Numbered from the stretch's first letter, positions 30,531 through 41,713 are shown. The stretch is 64,000 nt of DNA from Minisyncoccota bacterium (GCA_021129515.1 JAJOLD010000001.1:164850-228849); one strand, 5' to 3'. The notes: a model not told the origin generated them from the sequence alone. Program-made: numbers and translations.

Positions 30531-31793
30531 CTACAACGTCCCCCGCAATTTCTCCGCCTCCACAATGCGTTCTATTGCGACTTCGTATGAAATGTCACGG
30601 AGGTTTTTTTCAGTGTCCTCCATGGCTGCAAGGAGCGCATCAAACGCTTGAATGATTTGTTTCTCTAATTTATCGTTGACCTCCTCCTCGCTCCACGATA
30701 CATGCTGGGTATTTTGTACCCATTCGTAGTAGCTCACAATCACACCACCCGCATTGGCAAGAATATCGGGAATGACCGTAATGCCCCGCTGCTCGAGGAT
30801 TGCGTCAGCCTCTTGGGTTACTGGTGCATTTGCCATTTCAAGAATGACCTTTGCGTTGATGCGTTCAGCATTTTCTTCCGTGATTTGGTGTGCGAGTGCT
30901 GAAGGAATCAAGATATCGACATCAAGCTCAAGTAGCTCTTCGTTTGAAATTTCTTCAACGTTCCCTACATCTGCAAGTGGCTCCCGTGCTGCCTGTGCTG
31001 CACGGAGTGCCGGCACATCGAGTCCGTCTTTGTTGTATACCCCACCCTTTGAGTTACTGACCACAACTACTCTGTATCCCCAATCAGTGAGAATACGCGC
31101 AATATGCCCACCCACGTTACCAAACCCTTGAATCGCAACGGTGAGTCCTTTTCCTTCTGCGTTCATCCCTTTCTTTTCGACAAAGTGCCGCAGCACAAAC
31201 GCACCACCCATTGAGGTAGCGGCATCACGCCCCAAAGAACCACCAAGCACAATCGGCTTCCCCGTCACGACTCCCGGCTGGAACTTCCCTTTTATTTTTG
31301 AATACTCGTCTACAATCCACGCCATGACTTGCGCGTTGGTGTTGACGTCAGGTGCGGGAATGTCGATATCAGGACCGATGAAGTTGTGTGCCTCTTCTAC
31401 AAACCCTCTGGTTAGTCGCTCAAGCTCCCCCATTGAGAGTTCGCGTGGATCTACGGCAATACCCCCCTTTGCACCACCAAGTGGCAGCCCCACCAATGAA
31501 CACTTGAGTGCCATAAGGAATGAGAGTGTCTTCACCTCATCGAGGTCAACTTCATGATGAAACCGGATACCGCCTTTGGTTGGACCAAGCGCATCGTTGT
31601 ATTGCACCCGGTACGCACTGAAGATTTTGACCGAACCATCGTCCATGCGAAGCGGGATACTGAAGGTCAATATACGTCGTGGTTGGTGGAGAATATCGTG
31701 CCCATTCGCTTCCAGATTCAGTTTTGCTGCAAGTGCTTCCATTCTACTTTTGCAGTCAATGCATACATTTTGATTTTCTTTGTGCTGGTCCAT
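30531..31793 (-). CDS. gdhA: Glu/Leu/Phe/Val dehydrogenase (glutamate dehydrogenase)
   Basis: GPTKGGIRF, GGAKGG, DIPAPDVNT, QGFGNVG. Confidence 0.93.
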   Translation of the reverse strand: MDQHKENQNVCIDCKSRMEALAAKLNLEANGHDILHQPRRILTFSIPLRMDDGSVKIFSAYRVQYNDALGPTKGGIRFHHEVDLDEVKTLSFLMALKCSLVGLPLGGAKGGIAVDPRELSMGELERLTRGFVEEAHNFIGPDIDIPAPDVNTNAQVMAWIVDEYSKIKGKFQPGVVTGKPIVLGGSLGRDAATSMGGAFVLRHFVEKKGMNAEGKGLTVAIQGFGNVGGHIARILTDWGYRVVVVSNSKGGVYNKDGLDVPALRAAQAAREPLADVGNVEEISNEELLELDVDILIPSALAHQITEENAERINAKVILEMANAPVTQEADAILEQRGITVIPDILANAGGVIVSYYEWVQNTQHVSWSEEEVNDKLEKQIIQAFDALLAAMEDTEKNLRDISYEVAIERIVEAEKLRGTL

Positions 31794-31959
31794 AGTATTG
31801 TCTGTTTAGGGAGTAATTCTACTAGAATACCACCGAGTATACTGTTCGGACAAATAAACCTATGTATGTATAGGTAATTTGGACAACATAGATTGACCTA
31901 ATCCGCACACTGCGATATTGTCAGGTTCGGTAGCACACAATTACAGCGGGGATATACTC

Positions 31960-32427
31960 ATGCATACACCATTCAAGCTGCTTTGCACACTTCCTGTTCC
32001 AACCACTGCCAATCAACATTTCTTGAAGCAAGTGTTTCATACGTTAGCAGATACATATATACCACGCAGAGAACAAGGTCTGCGTGTCGCGAGAGTTTCA
32101 GGTGCACTTACTTCTTTTGGAGACTTTGCAGAAAACCTGGAATTGTTCGAGTCAGGAGAACGATACTTTGAAGCCAAAGGATATATTGTCTGCAAGCTCT
32201 CCTATTGGGAAGAGAAAATTCACAAACGTGGTATTTCTGGCAAAGACGCCATGGAGCATTTACACGAACCTTTGTTGCGCTCAGGTATTATCACCGACCT
32301 AGGGTCATTGCCCAATTGGCACAAATCAAGAGGCGCACAAACTGAACACAAGATTGCATCTGAGCCAGACGTACCCGTTACAATCACCTATCTGGAATAC
32401 CAACAACTCCGTACACAAGTTGCATAA
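31960..32427 (+). CDS. DUF4406-like hypothetical protein
   Basis: VSGALT..LPNWHKSRGAQTEHKIA. Confidence 0.55.
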   Translation: MHTPFKLLCTLPVPTTANQHFLKQVFHTLADTYIPRREQGLRVARVSGALTSFGDFAENLELFESGERYFEAKGYIVCKLSYWEEKIHKRGISGKDAMEHLHEPLLRSGIITDLGSLPNWHKSRGAQTEHKIASEPDVPVTITYLEYQQLRTQVA

Positions 32428-32579
32428 ATTCCTGTATAGAGGTGAAAAAAACCGCCGAACGTTTGTCGGTGGTTTTTTCATGCAATGCGGTAGTGCCATA
32501 GGCTATACACGGCACACAACCACCGCACACACTATTCCATGGGACTGGGTGATTTGTGTATATCTGCCATACTTTCTAT

Positions 32580-33089
32580 ATGGACATACGCCCTGAGGGC
32601 ACAAAAGACTATGGTGCGATTCAGCACATACACGACCATGCATTTGGCAGTGCAGAGGAGAGCGCCCTTGTGCACACACTACGACAACATCCACTCTTTC
32701 TACCTGAACTCTCGCTTGTCGCTTCAGTGGAAGGAAAACTTGTTGGGCACATACTACTCTTTCCAGTCATCATTAAGAACAAGCACCAGAAACACCCAGC
32801 ACTTGCACTGGCGCCGATGGCAGTACTCCCCGCACACCAAAATGAGGGCATTGGCAGTGCACTTACACAACACGCCACCGAAGCAGCGCGCGCTGTTGGC
32901 TACACCGCTATCGTGGTACTTGGGTATCCCCAATATTACCCCCGTTTTGGGTTTAAACCTGCTGCATCGTTTAATATATTTCCCCCAGCGCGCGAGTGGT
33001 CAAGCGCTTTTTTTGTACTGGAACTTACCGGCGGTGCATTGGCTGATGTAAGTGGTGTGGTGCAATACCCGCCTGAGTTCGGTATCTAA
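32580..33089 (+). CDS. GNAT N-acetyltransferase (YhbS-like)
   Basis: LAPMAVLPAHQNEGIGSAL, VLGYPQYYPRFGF. Confidence 0.92.
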   Translation: MDIRPEGTKDYGAIQHIHDHAFGSAEESALVHTLRQHPLFLPELSLVASVEGKLVGHILLFPVIIKNKHQKHPALALAPMAVLPAHQNEGIGSALTQHATEAARAVGYTAIVVLGYPQYYPRFGFKPAASFNIFPPAREWSSAFFVLELTGGALADVSGVVQYPPEFGI

Positions 33090-33271
33090 CAGTATAGAGA
33101 TAGCAAACACGCAGAACATGCAGTACATGCTATATGTATGTTGTACAGGTGCCTGTACGGGCACCTATGCTCATTACATTTCTGGATCGCCTGTCTGTTT
33201 GCCTGTGCGTATAGTTGACTTTTTGTAGTATATATTTCATAATTTTGTGCAGAACATATGAGGACAGCCAC

Positions 33272-33913
33272 ATGAATCCAAGGATCTATACCCCACTCCT
33301 ATTTGTGGGGATACGCCCTGGCGTTATAGAAAACAACAACGCCATACTCACTCTCGCTAAAATGTATCAACCAAAAGCAATTGCCTTTGATTGGCCCACT
33401 GCCTGGCAAACACTCTTCGAACAGCACAGAGATTGGATGGTCCCTGCATCAATAACAAACCATCCATGCAACGACGGACACTTAATCCACCAGTGCCAAA
33501 CGCTCATTGCAGCACTACAAGAAACACACGAGCTCCTATGCCTTGACGACTCGGTAGAGACGAGTAGGACACCTGACATGGCATTACGAAGGAACATATA
33601 TGCCTGCGAGAGGTACGAACGAACACTGGTGGTTATAGACTACGCGCAGGCGTCTAAAAAACTATTTCCATTACAAAACCGTCCTGCTCCGATAGCCTCA
33701 TTCTTTCGACATAAGGCAACATCGGTCGGTGTACACTACGCCGGCGGTTCGTATTACAAACAGGGTGAGCGGCAACCATTTTTACCAACACAAGCGTCAT
33801 GTCCCAGCAACACACTCATACCGTGCAATGGTGATACTGGCTATGATTATGCTTTTCAGATTCCATTTGGTACGGCAGGCACCATACCCACTGCAGCCTC
33901 GCAGCTCTTTTAA
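33272..33913 (+). CDS. Hypothetical protein
   Basis: GAGG RBS; 213-aa ORF. Confidence 0.5.
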   Translation: MNPRIYTPLLFVGIRPGVIENNNAILTLAKMYQPKAIAFDWPTAWQTLFEQHRDWMVPASITNHPCNDGHLIHQCQTLIAALQETHELLCLDDSVETSRTPDMALRRNIYACERYERTLVVIDYAQASKKLFPLQNRPAPIASFFRHKATSVGVHYAGGSYYKQGERQPFLPTQASCPSNTLIPCNGDTGYDYAFQIPFGTAGTIPTAASQLF

Positions 33914-33944
33914 CACCCAGCCCCTCTTCTATGAGGGGCTGTGC

Positions 33945-34604
33945 TTATACTATATGGGACACATCATTTTCACGTACTAATTCCCAGTCGCATGTGCCAG
34001 GTTTTGCATCATCGTCATAGAAGAGTGTGGTCACCGCAGTGTTGGGCACACGAGAAAATGGAGAAAAAATCGGTATATAGTCGAGCCACTTCCGCGGACC
34101 GATACTACACAGTGCCCCACGCAATATTTCAATAAAAAGGGCATGTGAAAATACCGCGATACTGGTTGGTCTGTTTTTGCGTTTACGCGACAACTGCTCA
34201 AGCTGCGCCACGACGTCCTCTGCCCGTTTACGCACCTCAAAAATAGATTCACCATCTTCAAAGTGCCATTGTGGGTCTGTTCTATGTTTCAATGATTGCA
34301 ACACATATCGCACTGTTTTGGGACGAAAATGTGAGGTACCAAAAAGTGCAGACGGTCTGCGGAGTTCTCGCAACGTATCGGTATAGGTGATAGGCACGTC
34401 AAGAGTATGGGTTGCAATTTCAGCTGTTTGTCGCGCACGCGCAAGATCACTCGAAAGCACCAAATCAACTTCAAGCGACTCCAACACAGGCGCCAATGCA
34501 CGCGCTTGTTTTTGCCCCACCGCTGATAGCTCAGACTGTGCGGGTTGATGTATATGCTTTTGGTTCAGCTCAGTTTCACCGTGACGAATAAGATGCACCC
34601 TCAT
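33945..34604 (-). CDS. Histidine phosphatase family protein
   Basis: LIRHGET, SSDLARARQTA, VFSHA. Confidence 0.92.
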   Translation of the reverse strand: MRVHLIRHGETELNQKHIHQPAQSELSAVGQKQARALAPVLESLEVDLVLSSDLARARQTAEIATHTLDVPITYTDTLRELRRPSALFGTSHFRPKTVRYVLQSLKHRTDPQWHFEDGESIFEVRKRAEDVVAQLEQLSRKRKNRPTSIAVFSHALFIEILRGALCSIGPRKWLDYIPIFSPFSRVPNTAVTTLFYDDDAKPGTCDWELVRENDVSHIV

Positions 34605-34622
34605 AGATAGCTCTATAGTACG

Positions 34623-35678
34623 CTATGCAGCAGACTTTTCACCCAAGATATCTACAATCGCAATTTCAAGTGGTAGTTGCGGCAGGAACGACTTCCCTGT
34701 TTGCTCAGCCGCTTCAAGCAAACGCAGCAGCAGGTGTGAGTGAATATGTGAACCGGTCTTCTCTGCATATGCCTTGAGGAGTGCACGGTCGTCTTCTGCG
34801 TACTGCTCAAGCAGCATGTCGGCATCGGCTTGGTTATGGCGAATGAGTATGACTGCGCGCACACGTTCTAAAAGGAGTTTCATAAAAAGCTTCATATCAA
34901 CGTGTGCTGACACCGCGCTTCCCACAGCATGCAGTGCTTTTTCTGTACTACCGCTATCAAATGCTTCGAGAATATCCATTAAGAGCACATTCTTTGGCGC
35001 ACCGAGAATTGACGCTACTTCATCTGCACCAGCGAGCTTGTCGCCTGAGGCAAGCATGACCTTCTGTGTAATGCCGAGCGCGTCACGAAACGACCCATCC
35101 GCTGCAATCGCAACCATGTCAGCTGCCTGTGGGTCCATGTTGAATTTCTCTTTACGTGCAATATCAAACACGGTATCGCGAAGTACCGCACGGGTCGGCG
35201 CACGAAACTGAAATACCTGACACCGAGAAGTGATGGTATCGAGCAACTTGTCTTGCTCGGTTGTCGCAAGGATAAAGACGACGTGTGCAGGAGGTTCCTC
35301 AAGGGTCTTCAGCAGTGCATTGAATGCCTCTTTGGTGAGCATGTGCACCTCGTCAATAATGTATACCTTGTATGGCGATTCGTATGGGAGTGTATGCACG
35401 GCGTCGCGCAGCTCGCGGATGTCATCGATACCACGGTTAGATGCAGCGTCAATTTCATAAATATCAACCTCAGCAACGCCTATTTCTCGTGCAAAAATGC
35501 GTGCCACTGAGGTCTTTCCGGTACCTCGAGAGCCGGTAAACAAGAGCGCATGCGGAATAGTCTTCTTGGCAATTGCTCCTTCTAAGATAGAAACAATATG
35601 GTCTTGATTACGCACGTCCGCAAATGCCTCCGGACGATACTTTCTATACAATGCAGTCGGTTCATTATTCATGCCCAT
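34623..35678 (-). CDS. dnaX: DNA polymerase III gamma/tau subunit
   Basis: ALYRKYRP, GSRGTGKTS, IIDEVHML, FNALLKTLEEPP. Confidence 0.97.
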   Translation of the reverse strand: MGMNNEPTALYRKYRPEAFADVRNQDHIVSILEGAIAKKTIPHALLFTGSRGTGKTSVARIFAREIGVAEVDIYEIDAASNRGIDDIRELRDAVHTLPYESPYKVYIIDEVHMLTKEAFNALLKTLEEPPAHVVFILATTEQDKLLDTITSRCQVFQFRAPTRAVLRDTVFDIARKEKFNMDPQAADMVAIAADGSFRDALGITQKVMLASGDKLAGADEVASILGAPKNVLLMDILEAFDSGSTEKALHAVGSAVSAHVDMKLFMKLLLERVRAVILIRHNQADADMLLEQYAEDDRALLKAYAEKTGSHIHSHLLLRLLEAAEQTGKSFLPQLPLEIAIVDILGEKSAA

Positions 35679-35740
35679 CAGTATACCAGAGCATAGCGGT
35701 ATCGAATATCCTCACCCGCTCTTTGTCACATCTAGCATAT

Positions 35741-35768
35741 TAGTATGACGTTACATTGTATCATACTA
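35741..35768 (+). repeat. 28-bp semi-palindromic site, copy 2
   Basis: tagtatgacgttacattgtatcatacta. Confidence 0.8.
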
Positions 35769-35806
35769 TCGAGATGTGGAGATGTAGTGCCTTTGTATAT
35801 TTTGTT

Positions 35807-36643
35807 TCACGGTACAGAAACCACTTCCTCGCCCAGAAGCACGCGCGCATCGCGTACGAGGTCACTACTCCCAAGCAATACAAGCACCACCTCGGCGCCA
35901 TCAGGCATATGGAATATGCCTACAAACGTACGGCCTGCAGCACTGGTGAAGCCGTGTTTCCCACCTTGATATCCTATCGATGTATAGAGCGGGCTATTGT
36001 TGCGCCAGCCATTGTCTTCCCCAACGTACAGTGAGAGTCGCGTAATGTCGAGTACATAGGGATATGCATCATGCATGTGCTGCACGAACGACGCCACGTC
36101 AGCAACGGAAGAAACGTTATTGTTACTGAGCCCTGATGCATCTGCAATTGTTGTGGCGTCCAAACTTATGTCATCTGCCACCTGCGCAACACGCGCTGCA
36201 AAGCGATTGCCGAGGATACGCGCAATTGCTTCTCCGGCATCATTTGAAGACTCGAGCAGTAGCGGAAACAATAGTTCACGGAGTGTGAACGTATCGCCAT
36301 GCGCAAACCTTCCCGCGCGCCCGTGTGTTTCTAAATCATGCCAGTTAATGATCACCGTCTCGTCATAGCTGTCGGTTGCGGCAACTGCGTATGCGGTAAA
36401 CAACTTTGTGATAGATGCAATAGGCAGCACTGCTTCTGTGTTATGTCCTGAAAGCAGTTTGTTTGTGCGTGCATCATAGAGCCCCCACGCTGTAGCACTT
36501 ACCGGCAACTCGGCTCTGTCTTCGTACAGCGCGTACGGATTGGATGGCGTAGGCACTGCATAGGTGTCACTACTCGCAAGAAAAAAGAATCCTGTCCCGA
36601 GCATGAGTGTGAAAACCAGTAACCATTTGAAGAAGCCGTGCAT
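35807..36643 (-). CDS. D-alanyl-D-alanine carboxypeptidase (peptidase S11)
   Basis: PIASITKL (SxxK), SSN (SxN), KHG (KTG-like). Confidence 0.88.
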   Translation of the reverse strand: MHGFFKWLLVFTLMLGTGFFFLASSDTYAVPTPSNPYALYEDRAELPVSATAWGLYDARTNKLLSGHNTEAVLPIASITKLFTAYAVAATDSYDETVIINWHDLETHGRAGRFAHGDTFTLRELLFPLLLESSNDAGEAIARILGNRFAARVAQVADDISLDATTIADASGLSNNNVSSVADVASFVQHMHDAYPYVLDITRLSLYVGEDNGWRNNSPLYTSIGYQGGKHGFTSAAGRTFVGIFHMPDGAEVVLVLLGSSDLVRDARVLLGEEVVSVP

Positions 36644-36695
36644 ATTAAAAGCATACCGCGCCCGAAGGGCGCGGTATGCTTGGTGTGTTAATTAT

Positions 36696-37199
36696 TTATT
36701 TCTTTGCCTTTTTCTTGCTTGTCCGTGCAGCCTTGGCTGCTTTAGGAGTAGTCTTCTTTGCTGATTTTTTAGCCGCTTTTTTGGTTGCCTTTTTTGCAGC
36801 CTTTTTCTTTACTGTCTTCTTGGCTGTTTTCTTTCCAGAAGCCTTTGCCTTCCGCTTTGGACCACTCTTCATAATGCCATTCCAGTGTCCACGCATTTCT
36901 TCTTCAAATTCTTTAAGCTCTTTCTTAGTCAATGACTGTGCCTTACCGTAGGTCTTCATAACCCCACCGATGAGCGCCTGATACTCTTCTTCAGTAATCT
37001 GCTCTGCATTTTCAAGCGCTTCAAGCACCTCAGCCTTTGCCTTGAGCATCCAGCTCTTTACCTTCTTTCGATTCTTCTTTGCATCCTTACTCCCGTACAA
37101 AAAATACGCACCTGCTGCTGCCACGGCAGCGGTGGTGAGTCCTACACCAATACCAATTTTTTGTACTGATGACATTTCGTCCTTAGCCTTACGAGCCAT
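36696..37199 (-). CDS. Membrane-anchored protein with histone-H1-like Lys/Ala-rich tail
   Basis: AAAGAYFLYGSK anchor; KKAAKKATKK repeats. Confidence 0.75.
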   Translation of the reverse strand: MARKAKDEMSSVQKIGIGVGLTTAAVAAAGAYFLYGSKDAKKNRKKVKSWMLKAKAEVLEALENAEQITEEEYQALIGGVMKTYGKAQSLTKKELKEFEEEMRGHWNGIMKSGPKRKAKASGKKTAKKTVKKKAAKKATKKAAKKSAKKTTPKAAKAARTSKKKAKK

Positions 37200-37212
37200 A
37201 GTGTATTTAAAT

Positions 37213-37539
37213 TTAGTCTTCGTCTTTTATAACTAATCGTGTACCAGAGGAGTGCTTCTTTGAATCACTTTTTTTTGTAAATCCAATGTGCGCACCACGG
37301 TTTAAGATAAATGAGAACAGTTGTGAGACAAAACCGCCATTTGCAACAAACGAACGGAGGTTGCTCACATCTTCGGCAATTACTTCACTCCCTGCTTCAA
37401 TGCGATCAATAATATTCTGTACTGATTTAAGAATTTTAATGACATGGTAGATTGCGATACAAAGCAGGAGCGTAAAAACAATCACTGCAATGCTTGTCAC
37501 AAAGAAAAATATATTTGCATGAAGTACCTCACTCATCAC
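37213..37539 (-). CDS. Hypothetical membrane protein
   Basis: One TM helix plus coiled segment; overlaps the dus stop. Confidence 0.7.
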   Translation of the reverse strand: MMSEVLHANIFFFVTSIAVIVFTLLLCIAIYHVIKILKSVQNIIDRIEAGSEVIAEDVSNLRSFVANGGFVSQLFSFILNRGAHIGFTKKSDSKKHSSGTRLVIKDED

Positions 37540-38620
37540 TATTTAGTGTACCAGAGGAATTGAGAATGTCGCGAGGTACCTGTTGAACAAACCGATCAAC
37601 GATTGCAGCAACCTCATCAGGTGTATTGGTCTCCATGAGTGCCGCACGCAACTGACTCGCTCCGGGGAACCCATGCACATATGCTTTATAGTGTTTCTTC
37701 ATGATTGCAAAATTTTTAAACGGTAGGAGTTCCACAAAAAGAGCGGTATGTTCGACCATGACGCGGAGGCGTTCACGGAGAGAGATTACCTCATGTTCAG
37801 TTTCGTTTGTCGACGCCGTCGACAAAGCCATGTGCTCAGGAAGGCACTTTGAGGGGTGGAAAAGCCACGGGTTGCCGAATATAGCCCTCCCCAACATCGC
37901 GCCATCAGCACCACTCTCAGCAATTCGTGTATGCGCATCCTCGAGTGAAGTAACATCACCATTACCAAAAATAAGTGTCTCGCTGCCGAGTGCGTCACGA
38001 ATCTCAACCGCTCGAGCAATGCGCTCCCATCGAGCAGGTACCTTCGAAAGTTCTTTACGGGTCCGGGCATGGAGTGTGAGTACTGCTGGTTCTTCTGCCA
38101 AGATCTCGGGTACCCAGGTTTCGATTTCGTCAACGTTGTATCCCAAGCGTGTTTTGACCGACACCGGAAGCGAACCCGCGCCGCGCTTTGCTGCACGAAT
38201 GACTGCTCGTGCTTTCTTAGGGCCTTTAATCATTGCTGAGCCACACCCTTGTTTTTCTATCGTACGCGCAGGGCACCCCATATTTAAGTCGATACCATCA
38301 AATCCAAGATCAGCAGCAAGTTTTGCAGCCGCTTCCATATATTCCTCATTACTGGAAAAGAGCTGTGCCACAATTGGTCGCTCTTCCTCCGTATACATAA
38401 GGTCTGCCATGAGTTTCTCCTTCCCCTCAGGGGTCGCACGCATAAGCCCATCAGCCGCAACAAACTCAGTCCAGGTAACATCGGGACCACCAACAGTGCC
38501 GTCTTTCCGTGTGTGTGCTGAGTACTTTGCGATCATACGCCTAAATGGCGCGTCGGTGACGTCTGCCATCGGCGCAAGAACCATAATCGGTTTTGGGAGT
38601 TTCTTCCAGAAATGAGACAT
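37529..38620 (-). CDS. dus: tRNA-dihydrouridine synthase
   Basis: LAPMADVTD, DLNMGCP, LHART, GNGDV, MLGRAIFGNPW. Confidence 0.95.
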   Translation of the reverse strand: MSHFWKKLPKPIMVLAPMADVTDAPFRRMIAKYSAHTRKDGTVGGPDVTWTEFVAADGLMRATPEGKEKLMADLMYTEEERPIVAQLFSSNEEYMEAAAKLAADLGFDGIDLNMGCPARTIEKQGCGSAMIKGPKKARAVIRAAKRGAGSLPVSVKTRLGYNVDEIETWVPEILAEEPAVLTLHARTRKELSKVPARWERIARAVEIRDALGSETLIFGNGDVTSLEDAHTRIAESGADGAMLGRAIFGNPWLFHPSKCLPEHMALSTASTNETEHEVISLRERLRVMVEHTALFVELLPFKNFAIMKKHYKAYVHGFPGASQLRAALMETNTPDEVAAIVDRFVQQVPRDILNSSGTLNSDE

Positions 38621-38693
38621 AGATTAGATATTGCACAACAATATATCGTGTAGTACTGTACCCTAGGCAACCAGAAACTCAAGAGGTTGGGTT

Positions 38694-38930
38694 ATGAAAA
38701 ACACAGCATTCACCTATTTTATAACGAGCTTTCTCCTCATGATGGTGTTTGTATTTCGGTTTGTATGCTGCAATGAAGACATGCAGCTTATCGAAAAACT
38801 GTTGGCAGTGGTTTCCATGAGTATTGTATGCTTAGCTATGCCTCGCATTGCCTATGTATACGTCGAAGCACGAAGGAATCGCACACACGTATGTGCGCCC
38901 CCAAGCACACACGAAAAACCAACATCATAG
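38694..38930 (+). CDS. Small hypothetical membrane protein
   Basis: GAGG RBS; two hydrophobic segments. Confidence 0.4.
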   Translation: MKNTAFTYFITSFLLMMVFVFRFVCCNEDMQLIEKLLAVVSMSIVCLAMPRIAYVYVEARRNRTHVCAPPSTHEKPTS

Positions 38931-38943
38931 TACAGAGACAGCA

Positions 38944-39831
38944 TTAGTTATCTGCCGCTTCATCTGCATTCATTGCCTCCACACTACTGGAGGCAATTTC
39001 TTCTTCTATACCTTCATGTACAAACACTTTGTTACCAAAGCGAAGATCAATATAATCAAAATTTCCAGGAGCAATATGCGCAAACTCAGGTGCGGAGAGT
39101 AGTGCAACTATATTTTCAAATACTGCTGTTGCCGGCATGGTGTTATTAACCAAAAATTGCCCGCCACCACTGAGTCGATAGGCTATGTCTGTTTCGTTAC
39201 TATGCGTAGCACCAAGCACGCGAAAAGGATACTGCGATTCTAGCAGCGCAATAAATGTCTCCATGTTTTCAAGCGAGGCAGCATCAAATATATGGGTACG
39301 GTTTGTCAGCTCCGCTGCTTCTACCACATGGCGCATAAACGCACCGCCGCGCATTGGGGGTGCTGGCGAGAACGCATAGCCCGTGTCATCGACAAAGAGA
39401 CACCGTGCGGTGCGCGTTTCATTTTCACACCACAATGCATACGGTATGTATTCTTCAAAAGAAATAGCAAGCGTGTTGTTGCCCTCGCGCTGTATCACCA
39501 GCGAGTGAATGCGAGTCTCGTGACGCAAGGCTTCCTGTATCTGTTCATGCGGATAGAGATACGTAAACGTACGGGGTACGACTAAAAAATAGGTACCCGC
39601 AAGCTGCGCTTCAACCATACCTCGGATTTTTGTGTGTGAGACGGTCTCACCTCCCGTAATATGGATATCGGTAATGGTAAAGAATGGCAGGCGAGTCACA
39701 TACCACGTACCCACACACAACAACAGGAGCAGGCTCATACCAAGACCTCCCCATAACAACTGACGCCCCATACTCGGTGCTGTGGTACGCCGTGCTCGAC
39801 CCGTATGCTGTCTACGCCATAGTCGCTGCAT
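38944..39831 (-). CDS. FtsQ/DivIB-like POTRA protein
   Basis: TM helix, FTITDIHITG, YIDLRFGNKVF. Confidence 0.8.
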   Translation of the reverse strand: MQRLWRRQHTGRARRTTAPSMGRQLLWGGLGMSLLLLLCVGTWYVTRLPFFTITDIHITGGETVSHTKIRGMVEAQLAGTYFLVVPRTFTYLYPHEQIQEALRHETRIHSLVIQREGNNTLAISFEEYIPYALWCENETRTARCLFVDDTGYAFSPAPPMRGGAFMRHVVEAAELTNRTHIFDAASLENMETFIALLESQYPFRVLGATHSNETDIAYRLSGGGQFLVNNTMPATAVFENIVALLSAPEFAHIAPGNFDYIDLRFGNKVFVHEGIEEEIASSSVEAMNADEAADN

Positions 39832-39837
39832 TACCTT

Positions 39838-41139
39838 CTATTGTATCGTATCGTGCGCCTCTTTTGAGCGTGTTGGCGCGGCGATTGTGTCTTTTCCAAT
39901 ATACTGTTGCAAGACTTCGGGGATACGTACTGAGCCGTCAGCCTGTTGGAAGTTTTCAACGAGCGACACAAGCACCCGCGGTGTTGGGATTGCTGTACAG
40001 TTGAGTGAGTGCGCGTATTTTACCTTGCCATCTTCGTCTCGATAGCGAATGTTAAATCGACGTGTCTGGAAGTCATGGAAGTATGACGCTGAACTGATTT
40101 CTCGATACTTCTTTTCAAGTGGCACCCAGAGTTCAACGTCATACTTCTTCACCTGCCCTTGCCCTAGGTCGCCACCACAGTTAAGTACCGTTCGGTATGG
40201 AATGCCCAGTGATTCAATAAACTCTTCCGTGTTTTTATTCAGCCATTCGTGCCACGTCACCGATTCTTCATGACTTGCTTCGCAGAGAATCACCTGCTCG
40301 AGCTTGAAGAACTCATGCACTCGAATAAGCCCCTTTGTGTCTTTCCCATGACTTCCCGCCTCACGACGAAAACATGGTGAAAATGAAAGCCACTTACTAG
40401 GCAGCTCTTTTTTGTCCAAGACTTCATCTGAGCGATAGCCCATGGTTGAAACCTCAGAGGTACCGATGAGATAATCGTTATCCTGGGTGTGGTATACATC
40501 TTCTGCTTCGTTCGGAAGATGTCCAGTACCATAGAGATTGCTCTGTCGCACAATTGCCGGCACAAGCATTGGGTCAAACCCACGCTTTGTGAAGAAATCA
40601 AGCGCGTAGTTCCAGATAGCCCAAGAGAGTCGTGCGCCATCACCCATGAGATAATACCCGCGGAATCCATGCACCTTGGCGCCCCGCTCAAAATCAACCA
40701 TACCGAGCTTCGTCATAATGTCGACATGGTCTTTTGGTTCAAACTCAAATGCCGTCTTTTCACCCCACGTCTTATGCTCAACATTATCCTCGTCACTCTT
40801 TCCGTCAGGGACTGACATATCGGGAATATTAGGTACCTGGAGCATGAGTGTCTGCCACTCGGTCATAATCTCCTTGAGTGACGCTTCGTCTTTCTGGATG
40901 TCTTCCTTGAGCGTCTTCACCCCCGCGATAAGCTCATTACGCGCAGCAGCATCGGTCGTCTGTGCAACCTCAGCCGATACCCGGTTTTGCTCGGCTTTCT
41001 TTTCTTCCATTTCCGCAATCAAGCCCTTACGCTTATCGTCAAGTTCAACCAATCGGTCAAGGTCGACCTCCATATTTTTCTTCTTTGCACCCATCTTTAC
41101 GAGGTCCAAATTCTCGCGAATAAATTTAATGTCTAACAT
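39838..41139 (-). CDS. serS: Serine--tRNA ligase
   Basis: MLDIKFIREN, CFRREAGSHGKDTKGLIRVHEF, EISSAS. Confidence 0.98.
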   Translation of the reverse strand: MLDIKFIRENLDLVKMGAKKKNMEVDLDRLVELDDKRKGLIAEMEEKKAEQNRVSAEVAQTTDAAARNELIAGVKTLKEDIQKDEASLKEIMTEWQTLMLQVPNIPDMSVPDGKSDEDNVEHKTWGEKTAFEFEPKDHVDIMTKLGMVDFERGAKVHGFRGYYLMGDGARLSWAIWNYALDFFTKRGFDPMLVPAIVRQSNLYGTGHLPNEAEDVYHTQDNDYLIGTSEVSTMGYRSDEVLDKKELPSKWLSFSPCFRREAGSHGKDTKGLIRVHEFFKLEQVILCEASHEESVTWHEWLNKNTEEFIESLGIPYRTVLNCGGDLGQGQVKKYDVELWVPLEKKYREISSASYFHDFQTRRFNIRYRDEDGKVKYAHSLNCTAIPTPRVLVSLVENFQQADGSVRIPEVLQQYIGKDTIAAPTRSKEAHDTIQ

Positions 41140-41267
41140 GTTTAGTGATTAGTTACTTGGTACTCAGTACTTCGTTATCAATACATTAACTGTACCGTCA
41201 TTCTAAATTGACCCATTTTTCTTATGACTGAAAGGAATTAGAAACAATGGTAATACCCCTGTGGTGC

Positions 41268-41310
41268 ATTTCAGAATCTCATAAGATCCTGAAACAAGTT
41301 CAGGATGACA
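41268..41310. repeat. REP-like palindromic doublet, copy 3 (inverted relative to copy 1)
   Basis: ttcagaatctcataagatcctgaaacaagttcaggatgaca. Confidence 0.7.
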
Positions 41311-41713
41311 TACCCTGTTTTGTTGGCAACGCTCATGATTATACATCAGAAACCCCGCACTTCGTGCGGGGTTTCTTGGTTACATCAAAATCTCCCGCAC
41401 TAGCATCTACTAGAAGAAGATGATGATGACACACGTGTATGCATATAATCGAGCATAGCATAGCGAGCACACCCGTCAATTATAAAAGGCCCAGAATCTA
41501 TCACATACGTACTATGTGTGATCCTTGGGCCCTGTTGACCGTATTGGTCCATGACCATGAAATGGTCTCTTTTGAATACGCCGCATTAAACAGCGTCTGG
41601 GGTACATACTTGACTGGATTTTTAAAGAAAGAGCATTTTAAAGAGCATGTTTATTGTAGCAAAAACTATGTACACCATCCACAGCCTGGTCTTATGGCAT
41701 TGTTTCGTGACAA

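Noticed and set aside
37701-38615. 304-aa plus-strand ORF
   Set aside because: Antisense shadow of dus.
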